Positions 24,906 through 38,021 of a stretch of DNA of 64,000 bases are shown piece after piece. Location of the stretch: assembly GCA_050575255.1 (NCBI GenBank), contig JBNZDD010013721.1:9761372-9825371 (forward strand). Reading direction: 5' to 3'. The notes beneath the pieces were generated by a model. That model had not been told where the DNA came from. It made no database searches and worked only from the letters and a program-made list of their open reading frames with translations. A program made the position numbers and the translations under genes. The stretch is from Harriotta raleighana (taxonomy: Eukaryota). Every line of letters starts with the position of its first letter. Position 1 is the first letter of the stretch.

Positions 24906-26859
24906 GATCCAGGAGTTATAATGCAGTTGCAGAGCTATTGCATTCAGCTAACTATGTTATATCGAGGTTCTCCTGCATTCACTCTTTCTAACTGATTCTC
25001 TTTAACCCATCTGCCTGCCAAAAATGTGGTTCAAATAAAGAAATGCCCACAATTTAAATTGGAACAGTAAGGCAGTCCTTCTCTATTGTTTTACTTCAGT
25101 GCAAGTAGACCACAGCAAATTGTTTTGCTGTAACCCTACATTTAACCAGAGTGAAGGAGAGGATGGGCGAAATATACTTACACATATTGCAGGCTCTCAA
25201 ATTTCATACTGGACAGAGACATTTGTAAGGTATTATGAAAGCTACAATAGAAGTATGCTATCCTTCTGCGTATTTTGCTAATGGAACTTGTCAGATGCAT
25301 AATTACAATACATTAGATGTCAATTTCAAGCAGCAACTAAAGTGATGGGTTGAGATTACAGAGTGCTTCAGGTGATTTCACTGAAATTTCCTCTCCCCAC
25401 TGCCCCCACCGCCCCGCATCGCCTTCAAGTAAGGGCTCTCAGTCTTCAATGGCGGAACGTGGAAATGTGGATTTAATGCCACGCAGCTCTGCTTCGAAAA
25501 TGCTTAGCTTTACCTAATGTGTTTATCGATAACATTTTTCTTTTGTAATTGAATAAAAACCTAAAACAATTACCGTAATAATGTGGCGTGAATGTTTCCC
25601 ACGGGGACTTGGCATTAAATTAGTTAAAGCTTGTCATGGCGAGGACTGTGCAAAAGCAATCATTTCCCGGAGTTAAGAAAAAAAAGACTCAGATATCATC
25701 TCAGTGTTGATGCATGGTACTTTGTAGACTTAAAAGTTCGAGCATCTGGTACACATTAATGTTAGTGGAACCTGTGGTTATGCAGAAAGAAGAGAACAAT
25801 GCGAAAATACGCTATTTTCTATAAGTGCTCGACAGTGCCAAGCTTTTCTCTGGCAGGCTGCACTCTGTCTGGTAAAGCAGAGATGTGATTTTTTGAGCCT
25901 GAGGAATTGGCGCTCACACTCACACACACCAATAATCCCAGGTCCAACTGGGATCCGACCATCGTTTGGATAGTACTTCGAGAGTTTGCCACGTCCAGTT
26001 GTGTTATCTATATCCACAAAACAATGCATTTCAATTATCTCCACGTCTTAACCATTTCAAGGCTTCAGCGATCTTTTGTGATCAAAGAAAGAAGCGACTT
26101 GGCATCCTTTGCGAGTGTTCTTTCTGGGAAAGAATGGGAAAACTAGGGCTGGCAAATCAATGTCGCTAAATCTATTGAGCGTGAATGTGGACTGAATGGT
26201 TTTAAAGCCTCATTTCACTAAAGTTATAAATTCTCATTAAAACGCAGAGTCTAAATGGTGTGAATATTCCATTGGAGTGAATCTCCCACTTGAGGATGCC
26301 AGTTTAAAGGGTACACTGTTGTAAGCGCTTGGCAAAGCTACCTTCACTCAAGGAAGGCAGAGAAACCTCCACCACTTTCCCCACGAGTCAGTGATAAGTT
26401 TTAAGGCGATTTACACACCATCGTTTCATGGGTTGTAAACTAGACATGAAAAACGACTTGGCAAACTAACAGTGACCCCTTTTCAAGAGATCCGTGAAGG
26501 AGATTGAATCTCAGCATTTTTTTCATTGCCCTGCAATCTTCCCTAGCAGCCCACGTGATGTAATGTAGCATTTTGAGGGTGTCTGACCCACACCCTGATT
26601 GTTGCTAAGAACACTTGGCAGGGAGAGAGAGAGGAAAAAAATCATTGTGGGTTTATATCTGTGTGATCAATGGTTCTCTTCCCTCCCCCCACCCACACTC
26701 TCCCATGAGAATGGGCTATCTATTCACTTGAGTTGTCTTTTCATGAAACTCTTTCTGCATTCCTGTTGGGTTGGTAACCAACAAACATCTTGAACCATTT
26801 AAGCTGTGCCCATAAAAAAAATGATGAAGTAAAATCATTGCTTCCTTCACAGTGGAGCA

Positions 26860-27230
26860 AAGGGCTGTAACAGATCAGAGAGTTTCAGAGTGCTGTCTGT
26901 GATGAGTTAGCAGATCTCAAATTGCAAAACATTTGGGGATGCTATAATTGGCCTCAATAACTTGGGGTTAAGGAAGGAAAATAATAATAATCCTTGCATT
27001 TGATAAAGCGCCTTATCACGTTTTCGAGACATCTCAAAGTGCTTCACAGAATACAGTTTAAAATGAATTCACGGTATATTTTGTGGGTATGTTAAGGATT
27101 GCTATCCAGGGATATTGACTGAAGTCCTGCAGTCAACTGATAACCAGCAAATCATTGCCAGTATCTGCTCTCATTGAAAAACTGTGTGGTTTTAGCTAGT
27201 AAAACTCAAGAGGTACCTCAGTTCCCCCTC
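26860..27230 (+). mobile_element. Family B repeat interrupted by a minus-strand family A SINE tail (26980-27090)
   Basis: gagttagcagatctc...ggggatgctataattggcctca...[SINE tail]...gattgctatccag. Confidence 0.6.
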
Positions 27231-27274
27231 CCCCCCTCCACCCTCCACCACACCTCAAGCCTTGGTCTTTGCCA

Positions 27275-27348
27275 ATCTGTATCTAATACTCCCCAGATCC
27301 CAATGCACATATTAGGTAAATAAAATCTGGGGAGTATTAGGTACAGAT
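27275..27348. repeat. 24-bp inverted repeat with 26-nt spacer
   Basis: ATCTGTATCTAATACTCCCCAGAT (27275-27298) and ATCTGGGGAGTATTAGGTACAGAT (27325-27348); one T:G pair. Confidence 0.95.
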
Positions 27349-27810
27349 AGGGAGAGAAGTGTACATTCCATCCCAGACATGGAAATTTGAATGTATATGT
27401 AGCATACAGTACTTATGTGGAACTCTGTGTGTGATTTGGATTGCGTTTGGATGCTCTTAGGCAATGTGATGTCGGACATTGATGTTGGAGAAAACAACAA
27501 CAGAATTACATTTGTAGAGCACATTTCACGTCAGTAGGAGTTTGTTTTGTGATTTACAGTGTTAGTCTAATAATAATANTTGGGTCCCTCTAGGGAGAGA
27601 AGTGTACATTCCATCCCAGACATGGAAATTTGAATGTATATGTAGCATACAGTACTTATGTGGAACTCTGTGTGTGATTTGGATTGCGTTTGGATGCTCT
27701 TAGGCAATGTGATGTCGGACATTGATGTTGGAGAAAACAACAACAGAATTACATTTGTAGAGCACATTTCACGTCAGTAGGAGTTTGTTTTGTGATTTAC
27801 AGTGTTAGTC

Positions 27811-27970
27811 TAATAATAATAATCCTTGCATTTGACACAGCACTTTTCATGTCTTCTTGGCATCTCAAAGCACTTCACAGAATGGACTGCAAAGTGAATT
27901 CACTCTACATTTGTGGGTGAAATTGAGCACAGCTGTGTCCCACAAACAGATGTGTATTGGAATGACCAAT
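27811..27970 (-). mobile_element. Family A SINE 3' half
   Basis: aataataatccttgcatttgacacagcacttttcatgtc...gtcccacaaacag...aatgacc. Confidence 0.85.
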
Positions 27971-30684
27971 TTATTTATTATTTATTTGTTTACTATTGTT
28001 TTTGTTTTTCTTAACTATTTCCACCTGTACCCAACAGTGTTTCTTCAAAATTGGAGAAAAATTGACAAGAACACCTCCCATGTAAATAATGACTAAAATC
28101 TTTGTAGTAATTTCTGTCGGACAGTCTTAAAAGTGTTGTCTTCTCCCAAAGATATTTTAGAACGAACTGTGACTTGCAAGCTTTTAAGCTTCACTCTCCC
28201 TAAATTGCAATATACAGTACTGTAATAGTAAACTGAGATCGATGCATAACTCTTCATGGATTGACCATTTATGCTGCCATAATTGGGATCAACCTTTTTT
28301 CTTACTCTGCATTTCATACAAATTCATGTGAAGGAATTCTACTCTGCTATCTGTCTAACCAGTTATGAATTGAAGACAACCATGCATAGCACTTGCTCCT
28401 AGCGGTGGAGAGAGTTCTAATTTTCAAAGCTGTCTGGGTTTGTCAGAACTGGGAAAGGAGATTTGTCTGTTCTTCTGGGAGTGGTAGTTTTTCATTTGAA
28501 CTGGCTGATTCTTAATGAAACTGTTAAATTCACATCGGAACTTGACTACACAAGTTAATGTAAACAAGGCTTCCGTGTGTGTCCTGGTGCCTGTGAAGAA
28601 GAAAAAAAAATCCTTAACAGGATCTGGAATCTAGGATTGTGAGGATCATCAACAAAAATATGTTGAATTATCAGCACGTACCATTGGGTAATGAAACCCA
28701 TGGGCTTTCATGAAAACTAATATGCAGGCATCAGCTTTTTTAGTTTACTCAAGAACAGAGGAGTTAGTATGCTCCTGTAAATAGAGCTGTGCATAGCTCT
28801 AATGTACAGAACCTCTGTGAAGTGCACACTGCTAAGTGCACCTTTCTGGTCTAATGCGTGAGAGGCTTGCTCAGCCATCACATCGTGGGTAGAAAATTAT
28901 TTCTTTTGGCACCTCCACATGGAGTTAAGTACAAAACACCTTGCGTAGAATACAGAGCAATTATTGGCGACCAGACGCTCCAAAAGGTTATGAATAATGA
29001 ACTAGCGTTCTTGGACAAAACATCAGTTTATCTTTAATGCAGTAGAATCTCTGTTGATTTGGGTTGTTCTTGACAGTTGCAGTACTTCAGATGAACAAGG
29101 AGATGTTCCAGCAACCACAGTGTTTAAACTTTTAGAGTGCATATTCATGGTATCTTCTATGGTTATTCACCAGATCAACCATACTCGACTATTCTTCTGA
29201 AGTCAACAAAACCCTGTAGTTTTACCATGCCAAGTGAGTGTTGATGTTTATTTCACAGCATAATATAAAAACCTGCCTTTTGCATTTGTTGATGATAATG
29301 TAGTGACTTGTAATTCTGTTACTTTCAGCTTTTTCTTTGAAGGGTCAGTGTAAAACCACTGCACTTCTGGGGTACTGTATATCAATCATCAAGAACATTT
29401 CAAAGGCTTCATTGCTGAATGAGAAAATATATTTACAAAATCTAGCCAACACCTTCTCAGTTTCAAGACGTGACTGATGGTGGAGTGTACTGTATTATCC
29501 ACTAGAAATATGTGTGTGTGTGTGTCTTTGAGTATACAGTACACATTATTTGGGTGCATTCCATACGTCTAGGCACTATTCAATGAATGCGGCAGATGTG
29601 CTGTGTCAGAAGAGTATCTCAGGTGGTTGTTTGCTTTGGAATATCTGTAACTATTCACTTTGCTATAGTCAACCAGGAAACGTGAAACTGCTCAATGTAT
29701 CTAAAATTCCAACAGTTGAGTCCTGCAGCATTAGGTGATGAAAAATATTCAGTGTGGTCACTGGAGAAGATGGTTTCTTCCTAACCAATCCCTCAAGGTC
29801 AGTCCTTGTGTCTGAAATACTAAAATGTTGGTCTCTATCCATATGATTCATGGGCATATCCAATCTCTCTCTCTCTCTCTGCATTTTGTAAATTGCATTG
29901 AATTTAACTCAGACCTTAGTGGGTGACAACTCCAGCCAGTTTTTTTTGCCAACATCACGGTGACAGAAGTGAAACAAATCCGAGACAAAAATCGNGCACA
30001 GTGACAGAAGTGAAACAAATCCGAGACAAAAATCAACGACCCTGTTTTCCCAACTGCTCGCTTGCGGAGAAAATAGTGCACTGCTGTGTGGAATCTGTTT
30101 GGCATCCACTGTTACACGTGAGAGGNTCACGGTGACAGAAGTGAAACAAATCCGAGACAAAAATCGGATTTTCCCAACTGCTCGCTTGCGGAGAAAATGG
30201 TGCACTGCTGTGTGGAATCTGTTTGGCATCCACTGTTACACGTGAGAGGGAGGGAGTACCGCTGGGGTGAGGGGAAAACAAGTACCTTGGCTGGTGGCCA
30301 CATTTCCATTCTTACCACTGGAAAGCAACCTGATGCCACCCATTCGAAGGAGAAACATGGTCATTGTTCTCATTGCAGAGCAAATGAGTCTCAATTGGCT
30401 AACGTAGTGGGAAAATGACACTTGACTAATCCAAATCTCCCCGGGAAGTTCTTGAGTAGATGAACGATGGCTTGTAAAAGCAGGGAATGTATTGTACCTA
30501 CGAGTTTGCACATTTCCCCACCAAGTTCTTGATATCAGCGATACCAGCAGCACAAGGCAGTGAGTGGAAATAAGGTAGTGACAAAATGAGTAATGTCTCT
30601 CTGAGACACCACTGCGCATATAGAGCGTTGTATAAATGCAAAGTTGTTGTTATTACTCCCTCCCTGCCCCCATCCCGGCTTGGT

Positions 30685-30770
30685 CTGCAACAACAACAAC
30701 ATCAACAAAATTACATTACATTTATCGAGTGCCTTTCACATCGGGCGGACGTCCTAGTGCACTGAACAGT
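30685..30770 (-). mobile_element. L2 3' tail fragment
   Basis: (aac)n...gtgcctttcacatcgggcggacgtcc is the reverse complement of the L2 tail at 8430-8455 and 45250-45300. Confidence 0.7.
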
Positions 30771-33700
30771 CAGGAAGCCATTTGGAGCAATCTTAGCATA
30801 GTCCTGGGTGAAGGTTGCCTACCGATTGTCTTGTTCAGCGCAAGGGTAAGAGTTAAGAGAGGTGGAATATAATAAGGCTTTTCTCACAAGATTGGTTTTA
30901 AAACAACTGCAAAAAAAAAATTATTTTTACAACGCTCTTGTACTCGACCAATTATTTCCAAGTTCATTGACAAAAACTTTTTTGGGGGGGAAATTGAACG
31001 GGCAAATAAACATAAGATGTATTGTGCCTTTTTTTTTTAAAAGGACTGCTGGCTTTCTTTTTCTGAGACTTGGCACAGAAATCTCACCTACATAATATTC
31101 TGTAGGAGCTCATGTTCTTGCACTGCTTTCATTTAGAAACAAATTCCTACCTCAGTGTGACGCGACAGGTGACATATCTGTCACAGGTGTAATGCCGAAA
31201 ATAAAAGCACACAAGGCTTCTGGAACTTCAAAGCAACTCAAATCGGTTTCTGGAAGAGAAAGGCCGATTTAATACTTGTCAGTGTAACTCAGTGGCTTGT
31301 CTTTCTTTGTGATTGTGCATGACAGATTAAAGATTCTCACCTGCGTGAATGAAATTCAATGAGATGTGGGGATGCAAAAGATATATATTTTGTTTTGAAA
31401 TCGAGCCCAGCGGGATATTAGATTAGGATTGATGACTTCCAGAGCTCAAGATACAATTGACGGACACAAATATTTCAGTTGATTGTTGGTGACAGAAATG
31501 CTCACAGGTTACGCAAATATGCGAAAACAGTGAAGAAAACATGGTTGGTTTTTAAAACATCTGGTGTGAGCTTCTGAGCCATTCCTTCGGTTAGGCTTCT
31601 TGACTAATTGAGCACATTACAATTTATAGTGGCCTTTGCATTGGGAGAATTCCTTAAAGCATCTCAAAGTGTACCCAAACTGGGGGTGGGAGCTGAGGGA
31701 AATGGGGTTAGGGTCAATAAATCCATGCAATTTCTGTTTGATTTTGATTTAGTACAGTACTGTATTAGCTTTAAGCAAACTACTGCCTGCCTTTACTCTC
31801 CTGGGGTGACTATTCTCTTCCTTTACATGTCACTGTCATGAAAAGGAAGGATCACAACCTGACTGTTTCGTTGTGATCTGTGTCGAGACCTTTGAAGAAC
31901 TCGGGCTGCGTTCGGAGATTTGGGAGAACATTGCCTTATTTCTGCTGCCTAACTTCAAGCTGTCTCATCTGCTGGCACATTTTGAGGATCAAATTCTCTT
32001 CTGCTTTCTAATATCCTGTACTGCACGTGGCTTTTTCTTCAGATCAGTTCATTGTTCCATGCAATCTCACACCCTCTCACATCGAACAAAAGGGATCCAT
32101 CTAGAATTTTCAGTAATCAATATATGTTAGAGGTCATCCAACTTGTTTCGTAGAGGAAGGATCCAAATCTCCAGTTTGTAGTCAGCCGGAGACTTACTAA
32201 TCTCTGCTTATGGTCCATTCATTTCAGGGTTTCTCCTAAAGAGGGGGGGAGGAGGTGGGTTAAGTTGTTCCCATTGATTGATGCCACTTGTAACTAGTTA
32301 TTGGAGATTTGGCCTGCTCTTGACACAGTGTGTAGTTAAACATTGATTGTTCTGCATTACATTAGGGTTGCTATTGATGATACTTGTCTAACATTGCCAA
32401 CGAGGTAGTAAAGAATCTTGACCAGCATCTCATCCAGTTTGACATGGCTGCTGCCTTAGCTGCCAGGTGATCCATGAACAACACACAAGGGAAGGTTGTC
32501 CACAGGTATTTAACTTCACTCAGTAGAATTATTTTACGGATTCCNAGTTTCAGATTTGACATGGCTGCTGCCTTAGCTGCCAGGTGATCCATGAACAACA
32601 CACAAGGGAAGGTTGTCCACAGGTATTTAACTTCACTCAGTAGAATTATTTTACGGATTCCCCAATGGTTCAGCGAGTGTAGCTCAGTGTGTAGCTAAAC
32701 CACCCAGCAAGGTGCTGCATGCAATTCAACATAGTGCAATTCATCTTAGCACCAGGCTTGCGAGTGTCGTAAATATTAGCAAGGGTATAAGCTCCCTGCA
32801 CAGATGTTGTGATCAGCTTTCCTGGCTTGATTGTAGCAATGTTTGAGAGGTTTCGGATGTAGATCAACTAAGAGAACGATGCATTGAATTCCCAAAGACC
32901 GCAGAGGTGGAGAATACTAAACAACATTCGTTTCCACATCTTTTTAGTGGTGGAATGTATAGATACTAAATATAAAGGTGACTTAGGAGTAGTGAGGGCA
33001 AGAGAAACTGGACCCAGTTTTTCAATAACAACAAAATTACATTTGTATAGCGACTTTCACGTAGGGAGATTAATCCTTTAGCGAAAGACCACATGATAAA
33101 TAATTTAACTCTGCTGAAGGCAACCAGTTATCGTCATTAGGGTCTATAAAATCTATCAATGGAGAGAAAACATACAATTTGTTGACAATTTAAAAGCTCA
33201 ACTGACCACAAAGTAAGTAACATAACCACTGATCTAAAAAAATAACTTGAGGTTTCACAGTCTATGTTTTTATTAGAATACTTTCTGTACAAATGTGTCC
33301 AGGTAAAGGCAGTGTGTTGGTAGATGCACACAATAACAATCAGGAAACGTGCTGTGTTATAAAGATGCATTTCAGGAACCCCATGAACATTGTTCATTCT
33401 TCAAGCCCTGTGTATTCTCCGTTAGTCTCTGCTCTTGAAAGTGCAAGACATAGAGCTGGCTTGTGTGGTTGCACATTAAGAGAGTGTAAACTGAGCATAA
33501 TAGGTCAGATAGTGCCACTGCCTCAAGAACATTGAAGATTTCAACTTTCTCATTGGAGCGTAGAATAAGCTTCTGTTGATTTACCACCATGGTCCAGTTT
33601 AGATTTTTCTTGAAGTCTTTTACATTGGCTCCACTGCAGCACCAAGGTACAAGAACACTCTCTCATCTAGGCAATACAGAATTGTCTTCTCTTGTGATGG

Positions 33701-34414
33701 TGTCCACCAGGGACCACCTGCAGGGTTGGGTACCCTTATGTGACCTGAGGACGAATAGTTGGCTTTACAGTAATGTGAATCATCTCACACATGTTTCTCG
33801 GGTGCCAAGGCAGGACTGTTATGTGCCTTGAGACATCCTCCCAAAGTGTAAGGTGCTAAATAAATTTGTATTGTCAAACACTAACTCGCATTATCGCAAA
33901 TACCAATTTATTTACAAAAGTTCAATGACAGAGACATGTTCTTGGTGGGTTAAGTTATCCCTGTGTATCACTATCATTTGCTTCAAGCTTAGAGTCCAAT
34001 TAGAGTGCACTGATCACATTTTGCTTTCTGTTTTAGCAAGTCAAGGTTTCTTGGACATTTTAGTCTTTTCATTATTTTGACAAATTATTGATTCGTGGAA
34101 GCCACAAAACCGCTTTGTACAAGAAGTCGACGGCTTTGCGTTGTCTGCTAACCAGCTGACAAATGAACCAATTTGTTCTTTCAAAGTCTGTGCTGTTTGC
34201 ACTGTGATGTCAAATTGAGCAAATCTGATTTAAGCAAATTTGAGGTTGATATTCCGCGATTTTAAAGTGAAACATGTTTTCTTCCTCAGATCATCACAAT
34301 ACAACTCTCTCCTTTCTGGCAATAATGGAAAATTAGACCCCCAAAATGTGACAGTGTCTGAGTTCATCAAGAAATTGCACTTCCAATAATGTTTTGGAAA
34401 GGACTCTATTGCTC

Positions 34415-34715
34415 GCAAGTGTTGCAATTGTTGAAGACGCTCTCCTTAGGATTAAACTGAAGTGGTATCTTTCTGTTTTGATGGATGTTAAAGACCCCAT
34501 AGCACTATTCAGAAGTGACTGAAGATTCTCTGGTCATCTGTCCTCAGATATAAAGCAATGGTCGTTCGTTTCAAGGCTGTTTGTGGTCGGTTGCTGTGCA
34601 CATATTAACTACTGCCTTTGCCTCCAACTGCACACTTGCCATACTTTACAGAAAGCTTGTGCTTTGAGCCGTTTCAGTGTGACAAGGCACTATATCAAAT
34701 GCATGGATTATTATA
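34415..34715 (+). mobile_element. Deu-domain SINE, older copy
   Basis: ggatgttaaagaccccatagcactattcagaag...gctgtttgtgg...ttgctgtgcac...aggcactatatcaaatgcatggattatta. Confidence 0.75.
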
Positions 34716-37169
34716 AGAAATACGCCATAAAGAATGATGTATAATTCAATTCGACTGATGTGCAATGCTCATACTGTAATAAAATCCCCAAATCCCCAAT
34801 TTCAATGTCTTATCTGGTTGGTTTATGGTACCAACCTCAACAGTGTATTTCAAATTGGTTTCAAAAGAAATTTTACAATGGGACTGATCCTCTAAGCACT
34901 GAACATGGATCAAATGATTCATTTTTCTCATCTGTTTTCTCATCCTTCTGGTCAAATTAACTACGTTGCCTGATATTATCAGGACTCTAGATTTTATGCA
35001 CCAAACGGTAACACATTACAGACATGAGCAAGGCGAACCAGAAGTTCAAAATCAAACAGACTGGCAATTTGCAGACCTCCTACTTGGTTATCCAAAAGAC
35101 TGACATCCAAAATATGCGCTGATATGTAACAGATCAAGGGTTTGGAATAGAAAAACATCAACAGTCAGAACTGAATGCAGTCCAGCCCCTGTGTCAGTAA
35201 AGCCCAGATATTGTGGTTTTGTATTTTAAGCATCTCGCCCACTAAACAACAGTGAGAACAGATTGTTCACCAGTTCCCATGTTGCTTACAAAAATCTGCA
35301 TAGTTGACTGAATTCCTGGCTCGCAAGGGTCCGATGCACCGTGTAAATATTTTAAGTAGTTTTTGAAGTCCTGGTGGTCCGTTCTGCCCTTTACCTCTTG
35401 TGTATTGACTGTGTTGTTTTGATGCTGAAATACAGTTTCTGTGTAGATCATGGGCTTCTATTAATACCTATTGCTAGATCAGATGCAACAAGATTCTCCT
35501 CCTTCGTTAATGGGAAAGCTGACTATTTGTACTTGCGGGTCATACAGCTTTATCCTTTGTCCGCCCCTAACCTGAGCTCCTGCGGCCAATTCTTGGTAAG
35601 AGCTGTAAACATGCCAGCACGGAAGGAGTTGTCCTTATGTGAGAGAGGGCAAAAGCAGTGAGGGCAAAAGTCGTAGACAGTTAACTGTGATCTATGGCAT
35701 TGGGCAGAACACAAGTTGGATGCATTCTCAAAGGGTAGGCTGAATACATGACAGCTTTTGTTTTAAATGTGACAAAGTCTTTATTTTAATGAGAGTGCAA
35801 GGTATGGTTGTTGAATGTTCATCACCCTTGCCCATTACCAATGCCCTTAACATTACATCAGTGACCTGAATCACCTGAACTGTTTCAGTAATCAGGTCAC
35901 TTTGCCCAGTCCCTTGAAAGATTAATGAGCTTCTACTGTATATTGAATACAAGGAATATTATAATTATTGCTTTGTTCTAAATGTGACTAATAAAATAAA
36001 AGGTAAGAAAGTTAAAAAAAAAGGAAGTATAGGTACTATATAACTGTTATTATAAATTAAAACGATTACAATAAAAAAAGCATCTTAACTACAGTAGTTG
36101 ACATGATGGAAGCCCTCCTTTCAAAGCTCACTCACAATGAGTCAGTCTCAGCTTCCATAAATCTTAGAGTCGGTCAGTGTGAAATGAAAGAGGGGGAAAA
36201 AGTACAAAACGAGAAAAATATTCATGACATCCAATTCATTCCAACTGTTATGTTTTAGAACTGTCACCCAGAAAAGATGGTTTTCCTTTGCAAAACCTGT
36301 CTCTTCCTCTCACTCATTCAAATAGGCTTCTCCCCACCATCAAATGATAAGATTCTTTATACATATTTGTGGTGGGGGAGGTTCGGAGGGGGCAGGATAA
36401 ATCACGCCACTACAAAGATCCTTTAAGATTTCTATTTTTTTTACATTGTCTTCAAAAACCTAATTTGCTTCAAAATGTTGCTGAGAAAAATAATGAAAGT
36501 CATGAATATTGTATTAAGATTTCATCAGTTACCACAGAACACTGAACTTATTTCCTTTGAAATAAAATCTGTGTGGGAGTTTTCTTTTCTCTCGCTCAAA
36601 GCTAAATTCATGTTCCTCTTGTAATCATTTTTTTTGTGTGTGTTTTTTTTACGGGTGGCCTCTACGCCACACAATTTGAGAATTGAATTGGAATTACAAA
36701 TTCCACACAGACTCTCGGCTTCACCCACTGTCTGCACAGTATGGGGGAAAGCTTTCTTTGTCTCAAAAGTTTGAGTAGATTGGTGTTCAGATAGCAAAGC
36801 CTATTAAATGGCAATCTAGTTACAGACTGTGTATTATCTTTTCATCTGACTGATCTATTGCACATAATGGGATTCCAATGTATTCCAAAATATTGTAAAA
36901 ACAACACTTCTGCTTTGAGCTCCAGTGCTAAACTAAGATGTGGATCCGCAAGCTACGTTTGTGATCCATTCTATCGATTCAAGCTGTGTCACTAGGTTAG
37001 ATTCTTGGCAGAAGTGCAGTGTCAGCATCTGAAGCTTATTTCTCCTCACGTCCAGAGCACAAGCAGTATATTTACTTGTGCTACATCATGTTTGTGTGAG
37101 GCAGAGGAGACAGTGAAAACAGAAAATGTAATGCAAGGATTATGTTTTTGTCATTTGTTTCAATGAACA

Positions 37170-37322
37170 GATTAGATTAGGTTAATTAGATTTCTGCTAG
37201 ATAATAGTATTTCAGAATACAGTATATAGTTTGGGACACGACATGTCAAGCGATTGCCAGAATGATGGAAGGCGAATTAGATGGACCTTGGTCTTCTTTG
37301 GCCTAGCAAATTCATATGTTAT
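37170..37322 (+). mobile_element. CR1-like 3'UTR remnant
   Basis: ttagatttctgctagataatagtatt...gaattagatggaccttggtcttcttt...catatgtt. Confidence 0.5.
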
Positions 37323-37519
37323 TATATAAAAGAGAACCATTTATATACATGCGGCAGCAACAGTGATTTACTTTTTTAGAAAGCCTTTCACTCCAGGAAG
37401 ACATCTCAGAGAGCTTCATATATCTATCTCCGGCACAGATTGGTTGGGCCAAAACAGCTTGTCTTTCTGCTGTGCTCTTTGTAACTGGGAGCTGAGGGAA
37501 GTTGACCATCAGTGCAGTC

Positions 37520-37842
37520 AATAATAATAATAATTCTTGCATTTTATATAGCACTTTTCACATCTTCTAGACGTCTCAAAGTGCTTCACAGAACGTAATG
37601 TAAAGTGAGTTGACTGTATATATGCGGGCGAAATGTGGCAGCCAATCATGCACTGTTTGGTACATATCAAAAGGATTTTTAAAAATTGTGGATTGAAATG
37701 ACCAATTTGTTATTGGGCTTTGTTGAGCGATTTTTATGTGATTTGAGTAAAGAAACTTACCCAAGGTTTCGTCCTGACTAAAATCAAACGCATGTCTCTC
37801 ATTTGTAAGGTGAGCGCTCCAACCACTGAGCTACAAGACTCC
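37520..37842 (-). mobile_element. tRNA-derived SINE (family A, short form), full length
   Basis: Head GGAGTCTTGTAGCTCAGTGGTTGGAGCGCTCACCTTACAAATGAGAG, CCTTGGGTAAGTTTCTTTACTC, (TTA)n tail. Confidence 0.9.
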
Positions 37843-37974
37843 AAAAATGTAGGTCTTAAGGCACTGAGGGGAAAGATGAGGGCAAGGCGGAGGCGTTCCT
37901 GGGATTGAGTTACAGAGAGCAGGGGATACTATAACACGAGTGGGAATGCATGCAATTGGACTTATTGGCCTGTG

Positions 37975-38021
37975 TTCCTTTTAAATGAATGTTCCAGCAT
38001 ACCTCATTCATTTAAAAGGAA
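37975..38021. repeat. Perfect 17-bp inverted repeat with 13-nt spacer
   Basis: TTCCTTTTAAATGAATG (37975-37991) and CATTCATTTAAAAGGAA (38005-38021). Confidence 0.95.

Noticed and set aside
29917-30235. Possible hAT MITE (TAGTGGGTGACAAC...GTTTGGCATCCACTG)
   Set aside because: Only about 10/14 terminal match and no 8-bp target-site duplication
29955-30245. Three copies of GTGACAGAAGTGAAACAAATCCGAGACAAAAATC resembling a CRISPR or tandem array
   Set aside because: Copies are separated by single n's and the intervening sequence is also duplicated; haplotype artefact in a vertebrate genome
32371-32780. Minus-strand VKYLWTTF...DHLAAKAA resembling a LINE RT thumb region
   Set aside because: Too decayed to assign by eye, and partly duplicated across the n at 32545
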